Source: Neoechinorhynchus agilis
Taxonomy: Eukaryota; Animalia; Acanthocephala
Reading direction: 5' to 3'
DNA length: 64,000 nt
Assembly (NCBI GenBank): GCA_051530055.1
Contig: CM121342.1
Coordinates: 9,253,480-9,317,479 of the forward strand
Below are positions 11,146 through 23,717 of the stretch, one piece after another; position 1 is the stretch's first letter; each line of letters begins with the position of its first letter. Position numbers and translations under genes: made by a program. The notes beneath the pieces were generated by a model that saw nothing but the letters and a program-made list of their open reading frames with translations, was not told where the DNA came from and did not search any database.

Positions 11146-13322
11146 TAATTGAAGGGTCGGGTATAGAAAGAAGGGAAGATTTTTTTATAAAAATTCCGTC
11201 CAAGAAGGAGTGAGCGTTTTTATGAAAGCTGTGAAACGAGGGGAGCTTAGGTAATATACAATTATGAAATTTGAAGGTTTCACGGAAAGCTGTCAGATAG
11301 TTAGAATTGAAATCTCCCCCAATAATATCTGGATTCCAATTCAAAACTTTGTAGGCTTGGGATTTTAAGAATGAAGAAATTTTACGGGGATCAACGTAAA
11401 AGTTAATGATAATAAGATGAGTGTCCAAGAAAGGGAGATGGGAGTGGAGAAGATAAATAATAGAAATAATTTGGAATGCGAAATCACTGTTTTTTTTCCT
11501 GGACAAGCAATTTAGGTTGCCATTTTGTGAGAATAAAAGATTGCAAGCATCCGGAGAACCCAATGAGGTTATTCCCCCTGGATTAGAGGGGGGGGGAGAA
11601 AAAAAGATAGGTAGGAGTCAGAAGAGATTAGAAGTCTGGGACCTGATTCCTGAAAAAAGAGGATGTCTGGAATCGAATCGGAAATTGTGTTTAGAATGTG
11701 AGGGGGAAGAGAAAAAGCTCTCGATAAATTATGTGTTGTTATAGCCAACTTAAAAATTCTATTTAGTTAACCCTGCCTTTCTTATAAGAAACTCGGAAGA
11801 TGACAAGGAAGAGGGGTGTTTTTTGGGGGAGGCGATGATGATCATCTCCTCCGAGTCGAAGGGCTGCTTTGACTGTCTTTTTAAAGGCCGTAAGCAGACA
11901 TGATGCCCAGTTGACAACTAAGGGTGTTTTTCATGGGTTCCAGATCCTGCAAGAGGATCGGAATAATTGGAGGAGTTTGAGATTCTGAGGGAAATACCGG
12001 GTTTTTTTTGTTAGAGTTAGAAGTAGGGGAAACAGAACTTGAGGAGCAATGTGAGGGGAACTTTAAAAGACCACGAGAGCAGTAACGGCAAGGGCCTTCC
12101 GAATTTGAGGTAGGGGAGAGAACTTTTTGGGGGGGATGCAGAGAAGGGTGCGCCAGAATTCATATTTATGGGCCCAAGAAAGCTAGATTTGATGATGGTT
12201 TCTTTTAGGGGTTTCTTTGCCAAGGAAGAGCATTGGGCCAAGAATTGTTTAGCAGCTTGACATGATCTGGCGAAAGCAGGGTGAGGAAAAATGCAATTGG
12301 TGCATTTGACTTTTTTGGGGTCCGGACATTTATCCTTGCAGTGGTCTCCAGCGTAGAAAATACACCTATGAGTGATTTTGCATCCATGAGTCTGATGACC
12401 CCAGTGGGAGCAGTTCTGGCAAATAGTGAGATTGAAATCGTAGATCGAATCCCTATAATTGGTGAAGGATACCAAATGCGAGAACACATTTTTTTTTGGA
12501 ACCACATAAGCAATCAGCTACATCAATTGGGGCGGGGGGAGCTACTGTTTTTGCGGAATAGGTATTTTATGAGTTTGATTTTGAGATCGCTCTCAACAAT
12601 TTTTTGTTCTTCAATCGGGAGATCAAGAGGAGGACCTTTCTGGAAAGATCATCATGTTTTATTTTCATATCTGTAACCATATCTTAGAATATGAATTTTC
12701 CCTTGTTGTCGACAAAGGCAAAGAGAAAGCTGAACTTGTTGTCGAAAATTCTTTTGAAACTATAAGTGGGAAGGTTACTTTGGTGTGATGAGAGAGTATG
12801 TTTGTTGTATTTTTCCAAAATATTGTATTTGGAGTGGGAGCCCATATTTTCTTTGTGAATGCGAAGGATATAATCCTCCTTTTTGAGGGGAAGTTTGGTT
12901 ATGGGAACTTGGATGGACGAATCAGAGGGAAGGAGAGGGCAGGGAGTGAAGACACAAATACCTCATCAGTCCGAAAACCTCCGCCTTCATCTCGAAGTGG
13001 AGGATGATCAACGGCGTCCATCCGAGAGTCCGACAAGACTGAGCGATCACTTAGATCTTTAAAAACTAGCTGAGCGCAATCAATTCCTCGATCTTTAGAC
13101 TCGTTTGTCGGTGCGCAGTTTTTAACCAGAAAAATTGCGCGACGACATATTTTTCCCCTCATTTGCAGTTTATGATTCGCGTCTTTAAATTTTTTCGATG
13201 GCGCTTTATATTGAAATTACGATATGAACCGAAATTATGGTTTTCAATCGCATTGTAGAAACAAAAGCTCTGTATCAATTTATTTAAAAAGAAATAGCGA
13301 ATTTATAGAATTCGCGGGAATT

Positions 13323-13619
13323 TTACTGTTGCCATTGGTCCTCGTCTTCACCTGAGGTATTGTCTTCTTGTAGCTCATTGAAATGACTTCTAATTCGTTG
13401 ATAAAATTCTCCAAGAGCTCCTGGAATGTATTCATCATCAGGGGTCCTACTTAAAACTGCAGAAATGATTTCATCGATAACAGCTATGTGATTAGCTACT
13501 TCCATTTGTTCTGTTGTATTGTCCGGTTCATTATCCTCGTTAAAAGTGAAATCCTCCTCATCAGAAGATTCGCTGGGCCATTCATTGTTTGGTTGCTTTG
13601 GAATTGCTCTATCGCGCAT
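13323..13619 (-). CDS. Orphan acidic protein, copy 1 (98 aa, MRDRAIPKQ...)
   Basis: Open ORF, highly similar to 22212-22496 and 23718-24014, with shared flanks. The longer ORF-track start at 13727 is GTG. Confidence 0.5.
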   Translation of the reverse strand: MRDRAIPKQPNNEWPSESSDEEDFTFNEDNEPDNTTEQMEVANHIAVIDEIISAVLSRTPDDEYIPGALGEFYQRIRSHFNELQEDNTSGEDEDQWQQ

Positions 13620-14079
13620 CGTAGAATTGTTGAAAATGGGTTTTTTTGTTTTGTTGGCTGCTGTTGAAAGATTGAAAGTTGTATACTTCGTGATTAGTTT
13701 TATATACACACGAAATAGAGGGCCCACTGATTCTTGATATATAAATTATCTACAGATCATTGAAAGATCGGCGGTCATTTGACCTGTTGTTTTTATTTTT
13801 AATTTCATATCCTGTTTTCTCAGGGGAACCAATCAGCGTGCACCGTTTGATGATATGTACGGGAACGGAGATTAAATTTGCTTCTTTATCAAATCATTAG
13901 CGCTTGTGACCGTAATCATGGCTGAAATTTAGAATTACAGGAGGAATAATTCATTGACACTCAAATCAGTCGCTTGTTGGGCGCGTTTCTTCGAAGCTCG
14001 CAGGTGTAGATGTCAGAGGAGCAGTTCTTTTTTTATCATCAATGGACAGTCTCGCCAAAGATAACGAAGAAACTTTACG

Positions 14080-15900
14080 AACTCTTCGTTTCTAACATCC
14101 CAGTGGCGGCGGTCGGCAATTTTTCGTTAAATCCTCCTAGTTCGATATGGTCCCTTATGTTTTACCATCGAAATCAGAATTGAAGATGGCAGTCTCTTCT
14201 TGTGCTAGCGGATCAGCTCACGAGCTTGACGGTTTGGGGCCCCAACACCCAAAGGATATGACTTCCCTTTCGGTAGGTGATGCTGCCCAGTCGCTTGAAG
14301 ATGCATTGGCACTCCTAGTCTACCAATTTGCAAGGGAAGAGTTGATTCCGAAAGCAATTGAGTTATTTTTCGGGGCATCTTTGTGTGCCCTCGCGCGAAA
14401 AGAAGGTGATATTCGTCCCATCGCAATTGGAACAACTGTGCGCCGCTTAACAGCAAAAAATAAAAAAAAGGATCGCGGAAAAAGTAGGGATGCTGCTTCG
14501 CGCTACTCAGTTGGGCTGCTGTACACCTTGTGGCGCAGAGGCGATTGTTTATTCACTCCGCACGTTCATCACCGGAAACTCATAGCCGTGCGTGATCTTG
14601 AAATGTGATTTCGAAAATGCATTCAACACCGTTCACCGAGCAGATTTGCTCGAAGTAGTTAGAGATCTCGCACCAGAAGCATTTCGCTATTTCGTTAATG
14701 CCTATGGGATTCCGACACCCTTGTTCTTCAATAACCAGGTTTTGTGCTCAGAAAGAGGAGTTCAATAATTGGATCCTTTGGGCCCTAGGCCTTCTCACTC
14801 ACAGTCAATCTCGTCGCGCACTCTCTCCAGTCCAGCCTTAACGGCTGGTACCTGGACGATGTCACGCTCGGAGGTAACCTTTCTGTTGTACTGCGCGATT
14901 TGGAGACACTCGTGAAGTCGAGGGCGAAAATTGGCATTGAATGCTGCGAAATGCGAGATTTTAGTGATGAACGTTGAACGACCAGGCAAACTATCGTGAA
15001 ATATTTTCAGAACCTGGCCCCCGGGATAGAATTGATCACTCCAGACCGGTTGAGTCTTCTAAGGCCAATCTTCAGCCGCAACTTTCGGTGCTGTGCGAAC
15101 TAGTTGATGAATTATCTTCACCCGGGGCTCTGTTCATGATCACGAACACCCACTTTATCCAAAAACTGCTGTATAAGCTGCACACAGCACATTTTTTAGA
15201 CATAATGATAAGCTGGCAAAATTAGACGCGACGGTGAAAGCCTCCCTCGGGAAAATTTTAAGTACTCAGCTGTCGGACGATGCTTGGCGTCAAGTGTCCT
15301 TGCCTGGGTCTTCCGGCGGTTTGGGTATCCGAAAAGCAACCGATATTTCTCTGCCAGCTTATTTTGGATCGGTGAAGCAAGTCGCAAAATAGTTAAATCC
15401 GTTCTTGGCGAAAATTACACTTTGGATGAAGATTTCGTTGAGGCGCTTAATGTTTGGTATGGAGATTCAGGCATCGAGCAGGTACCCGTCAATCGTTGCA
15501 AACAATCAGTTTTGGACACCCCTGGTAACGAGAATTCATAACTCTTTAATTTCAGATTCTCGTGACCTGGTGAACCGAAATCCATTGGCGGCAGTCTCCA
15601 CAAGAGAAACGGGTGCTTTGCTCAACGCTAACCTAATCGCTTTTGTGGGTACCCCTCTCTTTGACGAGACCGTAAGAGTTCCAGTGCCCCTGAGACTTGG
15701 GGTACCGATGTGCACATCCCATCGCTGCCGTTGCGGAGCGACCGTGGAACCATCGGTACGCCATGGTTTCGTCTGTCGGCAATCTGGCGGAAGGTACTTT
15801 CGACACGCCGAAGTGAACGCAATTCTTAGCCGTGCCCCGAATACTGTGAATGCGCCCAACATCTTAGAGCCGAGCAATCTTTGACGACTCAATGGCCGTC
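14080..15900 (+). mobile_element. CRE-like (RLE) non-LTR retrotransposon, degenerate RT + CCHC/RLE start
   Basis: GDIRPIAIGTTVRRL, CDFENAFNTV, WYLDDVTLGG, MCTSHRCRCG and RHAEVNAILSRA. Confidence 0.85.
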
Positions 15901-16159
15901 ATAAATGCAAAGTAGGGCATCGGTTGCAGAAAATCTATTGACGTCCAGAAAGATGCTAGATGGATATTCGGAAAAAGACAAGACGCAAACTGTTTTTTGC
16001 TGATTTACCAGCATGAACTATATGAAATCCCGATTGACCGATTTGGATTACGTGATGTATGCAATCCAACATGTCAATAGTGAGTCGAGCCCAGAATAGC
16101 ACAAGAAATTTGGGATGCTAAAATAGGCACAAATTCAAAAGGCGTAAGACGGAATGGAT

Positions 16160-16680
16160 ACGATTCTCGAGCTTGTTGAAGAATACGATTTAACTACGAT
16201 TATTTGCAGTAGGAAGTTCGGAGACAAACAATGAAGTGGCAATCACTGTTGAGGATGCGGATCGCAAATTTCGGACCATCTTCCACGAGTACAATATCTA
16301 CAAATATACTAGTGAAGGCTTGTTCAAAACAATGATTGGTTATTTATTGGTAGACAACATAGAAATGATCTTTAAATTGTACAGTCGAACATTTAAGCAA
16401 CTGTTGCTGACCTAAAGTTGAGTACTTTACAAATGGTCAACAATCGTTACACTACGTTGAAACCAGTTCTTATGTTAGCTTTTTAATTCCTTCAACGGCT
16501 AAAATCGCTGCATTAGAAATTTCCTGTGCACCGTGACATAAAACCGGAGAATTTCGTTAGTGGATGTCGATTAAATTCGCAACAAATAATCCATTTGATT
16601 GATTTCGGTCTTGTTCGTGAGTATATTGATGTGAATTAGCACTTTCGGCGATCAGAGAAACTTTGTTTTACATCAGCGAA
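16160..16680 (+). pseudogene. Casein kinase 1 family pseudogene
   Basis: Manual translation gives EVAITVED...HEYNIYK and LLVDNIEMIFKLYSRTF, then in one frame [32 protein letters not shown] (HRD at 16529) and [15 protein letters not shown] (DFG at 16601). The VAIK lysine is mutated to T and there are in-frame stops. Confidence 0.8.
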
Positions 16681-17334
16681 GTGATGCAACCACTTAAACT
16701 CGGATGAAACGTTAAGAGTTCGTACATCTCTCCGGATCCTCAGATACCTCCAGGAGGCGGGACTCATCAGTGAGTTTCCTCCCTTCAGCGGTATTTCGTC
16801 CCCTTTGGTTGTGCTTCATTGGCGATCGTGGATTCGAACCCTTTGACCCTGAAACAGGGATATGGGGCAGGAAATAATCGACTTCTTTTCCGAGGCATCT
16901 CAGCGTTTCCAATACAGAAAAGTGGAAGAAATTTAGATAAATATTAAAATCGAAGTTTTATGCATGAATCCTCCAGGTATGTATTCTAGAATTCAATTTC
17001 TCAGTACGACTCTTAGCAAACGACTTTATTTCTTTATTTTAATATGAATAATTCAGGATCTTCAAATAGAAAAAAGATTTTATTGTGATTGAGGATGAAA
17101 CTTTAACAACGTCACTGATTAAGCTCAAGAAGAGATGAGTGATTGTCAACTGGAAGCATTTTAACACGTTTCGAGACACAACAACCGATTTGGTGATGCG
17201 CAATAGCAGTGACGACATTTTCTTGTGACGTCATTGGTTACTAAAATGAGCTTTCTTCCGGAGATTTTGATTACGTGAACACGGCCGATTGGAAGATGTA
17301 TTTGCTAAATTCTTTTTTAGGAAATTGCTGGATA

Positions 17335-18033
17335 ATGAGTGCTCCCGTGGATAAGATTGTTATGCAGTTGGTTGAAAATGAGATTGATAACGAAATTGAA
17401 CGAATGAAAAACCTTGACGATAACGAGCTCGGTATTATTCGTCAACAAAGAATAAATGAATTAAAAAGACGTCAGGCGGATAGAGAAAAATGGTTAGAAC
17501 AAGGACGCGGGAAGTTATGTGTTCTTGAACGAGAACACGATTTCTTTGAACACTGTAAACAAAACAGCCGGTCCGTGTGCTTCTTTTGGACAGATCAGAA
17601 TCCTACAACAAGTGATATGATTTTGACGAAGATGGCTAAAATAGCAAAAGACCACCCAGAAACAAAGTTCCTTCGGGCAGATCTGCTCAAATTCCCATTC
17701 TTATCGAAGAAATTGCTCATGGACGATTGTGCTTGCATAGTTGCGATCCTAAATACAAGGATAATAGGCCCTATGAAATGTGAGTTTCGCTCGATCGAGC
17801 ATACACGAATTTTTATAGAAAATTTGGTGACTCGGTTAGAAGACCATAATCTTATTGATTCCAATGCCGAAGATGCTGAGAGAAGGGCCATTTTGATGAA
17901 TTTAAGAAAAGGACGTGGTATATCGACGAAACCAATAAGAGACATGGGTGTAACCTTTACTTCAAATCTTTCCAGCGACGAGGATGACACTGAACAAAGG
18001 TCCGTTAATACTGAAAATGATCGTTTACGTTAA
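17335..18033 (+). CDS. TXNDC9: Phosducin-like thioredoxin-domain protein (PhLP3/TXNDC9-like), intronless
   Basis: IDNEIERMKNLDDNEL...REKWLEQGRG...EHDFF...HPETKFLRADLLKFPFL parallels TXNDC9/PhLP3. Likely start is MSAPVD at 17335. Confidence 0.8.
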   Translation: MSAPVDKIVMQLVENEIDNEIERMKNLDDNELGIIRQQRINELKRRQADREKWLEQGRGKLCVLEREHDFFEHCKQNSRSVCFFWTDQNPTTSDMILTKMAKIAKDHPETKFLRADLLKFPFLSKKLLMDDCACIVAILNTRIIGPMKCEFRSIEHTRIFIENLVTRLEDHNLIDSNAEDAERRAILMNLRKGRGISTKPIRDMGVTFTSNLSSDEDDTEQRSVNTENDRLR

Positions 18034-18559
18034 TCTCGGATTTGAGTTTATTTTTGAGCAACACCGTCAGCGCATTAAATCCCGCATTTGCGAATGATGT
18101 CCGATTTTTTTGAACGCACTTTTCGCAAAAAGATCGTTTGTGGTTTCTTTATTTTGATATTCTCATTGCCTTCATCCTATGATGACTTTGTTTAGGAGGT
18201 AAAAAGTGTTGGAATTGTGCTGTAAAAATGAACGTTTAATTGAAGTAACTCTGCGGCTTGCAGACTATTGCATTTTAGACAATGTTTATTGTCAAATAGC
18301 TTTCGAGGGACCAAGATGGCACCATATTTGTGGATATAACACTCACATGACCATTTTGAGAAATTAATCACTCAATGTTTATAGTTTTTGTCAGTATTTT
18401 GTCTTTATGCGGCCCTCAGCGGCGGTTGTTGCTCCCCTTTCGGTTTAAAAGTTGCGAATTTTATGTTGTTTGAAGATTGAATTGTTCATATAGGTTTTTT
18501 TCTGGCGTAGAAATTAAAATTATTTTATTTTTTAAATCCGATATTTGGGTACACTCTTG

Positions 18560-19760
18560 GGCCTTTATCAAGGTCTAAAAATTACGTGTGGAATGGATCA
18601 ATATTCGCTGTCCTAAGATTGAGTCTAAAGTCCGCGATGAATAGGGCCTCCAAAATTACACGGTATCATTTTGTTTCACTGCGTGCCAAAATGGTAGCGT
18701 TGCCAATGTCCATTAAGTGGCCCTGTTGTGCGAAATAGTTGAGTATTGCGGAACTGGCATCGGTACCTCTCCTATGAGCGCATATTTGTGTTCTTTAATT
18801 CTTCTTTGTAAATTGTTGGTTTGACCCACATATGAGTTTTCACATTCGGTGCATGGAATTTTGTACACCACTCCTTTGCATTGATGTTCTTCACGTTTCT
18901 TCGCCATGGAACTTAATTAGTTTACTTCTCTTAGTGTAGATACAACACTGGACATCTTTTGATACGCCTCCTTTGATCAGGCTGCTAATTGTAGTGAAGA
19001 ACTCGTCGACGAATGGTGCTTCTATTAAGGCTTTTTGTTTTGAATCCTGATACATAATTTTCTTTGCAGATTGGAAAGCACTTTCCTTTTAATATGCTCC
19101 ACAGAAATTCAAGTTCCGCGCTAAGTGAATCTTAGATTGAGTAATAGTTATGGGCCCGGTCAAATAGCGAGTTAATCCTCGCTATCTTGTATTTAATTCG
19201 TGCCATTGCAATGAAAGGTGAAATGTCAGTCGGTATACCAATCTTGCCGTTTAAAAGATAATTCATTGTTATTTGTTGATAGGAGAGATAAATGAAATTA
19301 ATATTTTATTGGATATTTCGATCCACTATCTCGGATCTTCTTCAGCGATTGTTTGCAAGTTTTTTTTAACTGAATGAAATATTAATTTCATTTATCTCTC
19401 CTATCAACAAATAATCTTGCTGTATACACTAGTCTCTAACTCAGCTCCTTTTCGCGTTATCGAAACGTCCTAAAAGAGATCGCATTATGATTTTCCGAGT
19501 CTACTGTCAATTGGATGTTGCTGTGCTTGGAATTCAGCATGTGAGCCAACGTTTCCGGTTCTGCGGTTTCATGAACTAAGATAAAAGTGTCATCTACGTA
19601 TCTCTGCCAGAATTTCACACCCGGTAGACCTGAAACTTTCTTAGCCTCGCAATCGCGCATGAACAATTCGGCTTGAACTGGGACAAGTGGACTGCCCATG
19701 GACAGTCCATCTACTTGATCATAGCTCTTTCCTTCGAATTTAAAATTCGTGGTCCTTAAG
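18560..19760 (-). mobile_element. Penelope-like element fragment (RT core + GIY-YIG), interrupted by a hammerhead module
   Basis: MGSPLVP..RYVDDTF (19457-19699); GVVYKIPCTECENSYVGQT..RIKEH (18713-18907). Confidence 0.85.
19306..19350 (-). ncRNA. Minimal hammerhead ribozyme motif (core intact, stem I imperfect)
   Basis: Minus strand: AAUCG-CUGAAGA-A-GAUCC(GAGAUAGU)GGAUC-GAAA-UAUC-CAAUA. Confidence 0.7.
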
Positions 19761-20385
19761 AGTTACATCTTCGGTGTAAGTCCGTTGATGGAACGGTGTT
19801 TTTGGTATATTTAGTCATCAATCCTTCTTTAGTGTAAGTAGATATTGGTTGAACATATTTTCTCGTTGTAATCTTTCAGCGGTTGCAAACAAATAAGCTT
19901 CGTAGAATCTAAAGACAAAATCAAGCCGAAGCTGGCAGCTTATGAAACCTTTTGTATGTCACCTTCAATCCCCTGGAAACAGGTAAATCACCGGGCCTAT
20001 GGAACTCTGGACCCGATAGGATATCCACAGCCAATCTATGGTAATGTTCTTCATCTACAATTCAGAATCCTCTGCCTTTGCCCAACTTGATGATACGTAT
20101 CTCCTTAATTCGGTTAAAGTTATTCATCGCTAGGATCAGTCGTTAGGGCAAGTTAGTACGTTTAATTCTGTTTCCTTTATGTAGCAATTTTCAATAATGG
20201 AATTGTAATTCCAGCAAATTCGGAGTTAGATATCATCTTCTCAATTTCAAGGGTTAATCACATGTTATTGAGTTTGCCAAAAGGAATGAAGTCCGGTCCA
20301 TACTTCGATAAAGGCACAATATCTTGCGGAAATATCTGATTTTTAAAATAAAATCATTTTAATTTCTACGCCAGAAAACAAAATT

Positions 20386-20875
20386 TTATGTTTCTGGCTG
20401 CGAGCGTATCCACGAGCGTCGCGTTCCAGCGAAGACACTTGCCTTCCCTCGCCACGGGAATACTGTGACACCGTCCGGTCTACTGCCATCGAGTCGGCAA
20501 AGATTTCTCGGCTCTAGGATGTTGGACGCATTCGCAGTATTTAGGGCACGACTAAGAGAATTGCGTTCACTTCGGCGTGTCGAAAGTACCTTCCGCGAGA
20601 TTGCCGACAGACGAGACCATGGCGTCCCGACGGTTAGACGGTCGCTCTGCAACGGCAGCGATGGGATGTGCACATCGGTACCCCAAGTCTCAGGAGCATT
20701 GCAATCCTTACTGTGTCGTCGGAGAGAAGGATAACTATGGAAACGATTGGGATAGCGTTGAGCCAAGCACCTGATTCTCCCATAGAGACTGTCGCCGTTT
20801 CTGCTTCTCGGATACTCAAACCGCCGGACGACACAGGCAGGGACGCTTGACGCCCGGCCTGGACCGACTGCTGAA
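20386..20875 (-). mobile_element. CRE-like (RLE) fragment
   Basis: LNAIPI...LRLGVPMCTSHRCRC; LSRALNTANASNILEP.NLCRLDGSRPDGVTVFPWRG. Confidence 0.8.
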
Positions 20876-20939
20876 TATTTAAAATTTTCTCGAGAGGCCA
20901 ATTGAATAGCCCAAGGAGAACACTGAACATTCTCGAAGG

Positions 20940-21200
20940 GAAAGAGGCTCCTAAAAATTGTCTGTCAATGTCTAACCTTTCCAGACCACCGCAGTGTATT
21001 TCCCTTGGATTTTCGAGCATGGAACGTGTACCCTTTTGGACCAAAACAACCACGAACGCTCTCATTGAAGAACTCGTAGCCTCAAAATTAGACAGATACG
21101 GAATTGATATTGCAGCTCTATGCGAAACAGGACTTCCAGACGAAGGATCGCTCATTGGAATCGGATACCTTTTCGAAAGAAGTGCCTCCAACAGGAAAAC
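20940..21200 (+). mobile_element. RTE (BovB-like) endonuclease N-terminal fragment
   Basis: LVASKLDRYGIDIAALCETGLPDEGSL matches the RTE endonuclease IDIAALSETRL..EG motif. Confidence 0.7.
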
Positions 21201-21299
21201 TCATACATCTGATGAGTATCATCATTATTAACGAACTTTTAAAAAAGCTTGAAATTTCACTTACATCGGTTTGAGTAGCGATTACGGGACGATTCCGGG

Positions 21300-21900
21300 A
21301 TTCGGTACAATAAGTAGACCGTTTCAATGACTGATGAGATCATTCCATTTTACTATGAAACAGATCACCCGTTGAACATAAAAACGGACAGTAAAAGCCT
21401 GCAGAGAATACTAGACACCTATGGGAAGACAGTGGATCGACAAAAAAGAACGCGAGTTCGCCCTCGAACAATCCGATCATGCCTGTCCCGAATTGTGATA
21501 AACGGTGGTTTTCCTAGTTTTAGCGAGATTCTTACGTCCAAAAAATGTGGAAATCTTGCTTATTACATTCATCGATGGTGAACTTCAAGCTAGACATAGC
21601 TTCAAGTTTATTGAGGCAATGATCATCCGTCATGACAGAACCTCATTCAACGTCAAATATAATGAGATGTTCAGTGATCTCCGATTGTACAATAGACTGT
21701 AATGACGTAGCAGACAAGTGTAATGACGTAGTGGATATCATGCTGTTAGTTTTATAATGCTGTCGTGTAAAAACTAAAATAAAATACTGTTAGTGTGTGT
21801 GTATGTTTTTACTGCTTCCCTTAAGACGGATTTGATTAAAATCCGAAATATTAGAGCAATTAAAGACTATGCAGTGTGTATATTCAAGAATTGTACTAAG
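21300..21900 (+). mobile_element. Penelope-like 3' fragment with degenerate hammerhead (about 21814-21857)
   Basis: FKFIEAMII-type GIY-YIG C-terminus, then CUUAAGA-CGGAUUU..AAAUCC-GAAA-UAU. Confidence 0.55.
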
Positions 21901-22211
21901 AAAAATTACTGTGGAGGAAAAATATATCTTCAACATGCTTATTAAGAAAGTTAAATTACTAATTTTGGAACGAGGTTTTTGAAAATTATTTTAAATTAAA
22001 CAAAATAGAACGAATTATTCAAATGTCGATTTCATCCATCAGGAAGATTTTCCCTATGATTTGATTGAATATCTCGTTTTAATAAAGAATGAAATTTAAG
22101 ATTTTTCGCTGATCAATAGATAATTTATATATCAAGAATCAATGGACCCTCTATTTCGTGTGTTTTCAGCAGCAGCCAACAAATCAAGCAAACATTTTCT
22201 ACAATTCTACG

Positions 22212-22496
22212 ATGCGCGATAGAGCAATTCCAAAGCAACCAAACAATGAATGGCCCAGCGACTCCTCTGATGAGGAGGATTTTGCTTTTAACGAGGATAA
22301 TGAACCGGACAATACAACAGAACAAATGGAAGTAGCTAATCACATAGCTGTTATCGATGAAATCATTTCTGCAGTTATAAGTGGGGCCCCTGATGATGAA
22401 TACGTTCCACGAGCTCTTGGAGAATTTTATCAAGGACTTAGAAGCCTTTTCAATGAGCTACAAGAAGACAATACCTCGGAGGAAGACGAGGAGTAA
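22212..22496 (+). CDS. Orphan acidic protein, copy 2 (94 aa; CAA>TAA four codons before the shared stop)
   Basis: Near-identical to copies 1 and 3. Confidence 0.45.
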   Translation: MRDRAIPKQPNNEWPSDSSDEEDFAFNEDNEPDNTTEQMEVANHIAVIDEIISAVISGAPDDEYVPRALGEFYQGLRSLFNELQEDNTSEEDEE

Positions 22497-23717
22497 TGGC
22501 AACAGTAAAATTTCCGCGAATTCTATAAATTCGCTATTTCTTTTTAAATAAATTGATACGGAGCTTTTGCTTCTTTAAACCTCAATTTTGGTTAATGTCG
22601 CTATTCAATCATTTAAAAAACAACAAATGAATTTTAATATCAATTAAATTAGCGCATGACAGTAATATTTGATTTTGAAGCGCTAATCGATTAGGTCAAT
22701 TTTAAACAAATTTAATACGTCACGGGATCACTAGAAACGAGAACATATTGCTCCCATCTTTGATTGATTATTGCCAGCGGAACATCTTTTGATTCAGCGT
22801 AACAATTTTTGTTGGCGTTGTTAAAAAAAATTGGAAACCATTGGATTCTACAACCGCTTTAAGTGTAAAACTTATCATAATTGTAATTTTTAATAATATA
22901 TATTGGTCCTCTAATTTGAATTCTGCTTCAAGTAGTCCCAGAACGACATAAATTCGTTCTACGCGAACTTTTCAACAACAAATTTTAAAAATAAATGCTG
23001 AAAAAACAACAAAAATCTGTTTGACGTCGAATTCCATATTTGGAATTTTCGAATTAGCGATTCTGCAAAGACAACGAATTTCTTGAATAACTAATTGTCA
23101 TGGACAAAAAATGAACATGATTTGATTTTAAGTTTTTGATGAACGTTAAGGAAAAACATATGCACAGTCGATTTATCTGTTGAACTTGATAAACATCAAT
23201 AAAAGCCTGTAAATATTGTTAATTTCAATGGCTACCTTTAATTAATTCAAAAAATGTGACTTTCAATTTTGGAACGAGTTTTTTTAAGATCATTTTAAAT
23301 TAAACAAAACTTGAACGAAATATTCAAATGTCAATTTCACCCATTAGGCAGATTTTCTATTGGAATTCGACTAAGTCATTGGTTACAAAGGATTTTGATT
23401 GTCAATGAATTATTCGACCTGTAATTCTAAATTTCTGCAATGATTACGGTCAATAGCGCAAATGATTTGATAAAACCCCTCTTTTTAATAAAGAATGAAA
23501 TTTAATCCCCCCTTCCCGTAGATATCATCAAACGGCGAACGCTAAAAACAATAGATCAAATAGTCGCCGATTTTTCGCTGATCTATAGATAATTTATATA
23601 GAGAGAATCGATGGACCCCCTATTTCGTGTGTATGTGAAACAAATCGCGCACTATACAACCATCAATCTTTCAACAGCAGCCAACAAAACAAAAAACCCA
23701 TTTTCAACAATTCTACA

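Larger units (their letters stand above)
10140..13170 (-). mobile_element. LINE with gag-like ORF1 (three Zn knuckles) + APE endonuclease, truncated at the start of RT
   Basis: CQNCSHWGHQTHGC, C..AGDH....C and CTNCIFPHPAFARSC in 12017-12505. IIGGDFNS and FLDGIF in 11117-11563. Linker at 10155-10637 resembles 825-1457. Confidence 0.8.

Noticed and set aside
17595-17990. Long antisense ORFs (also 3543-3848, 12281-12676 and 23652-23939)
   Set aside because: They are shadows of real ORFs on the opposite strand, with no motifs.
18545-18590. Additional hammerheads (also near 56960-56985)
   Set aside because: Both the core and stem II are too degenerate to support a call.
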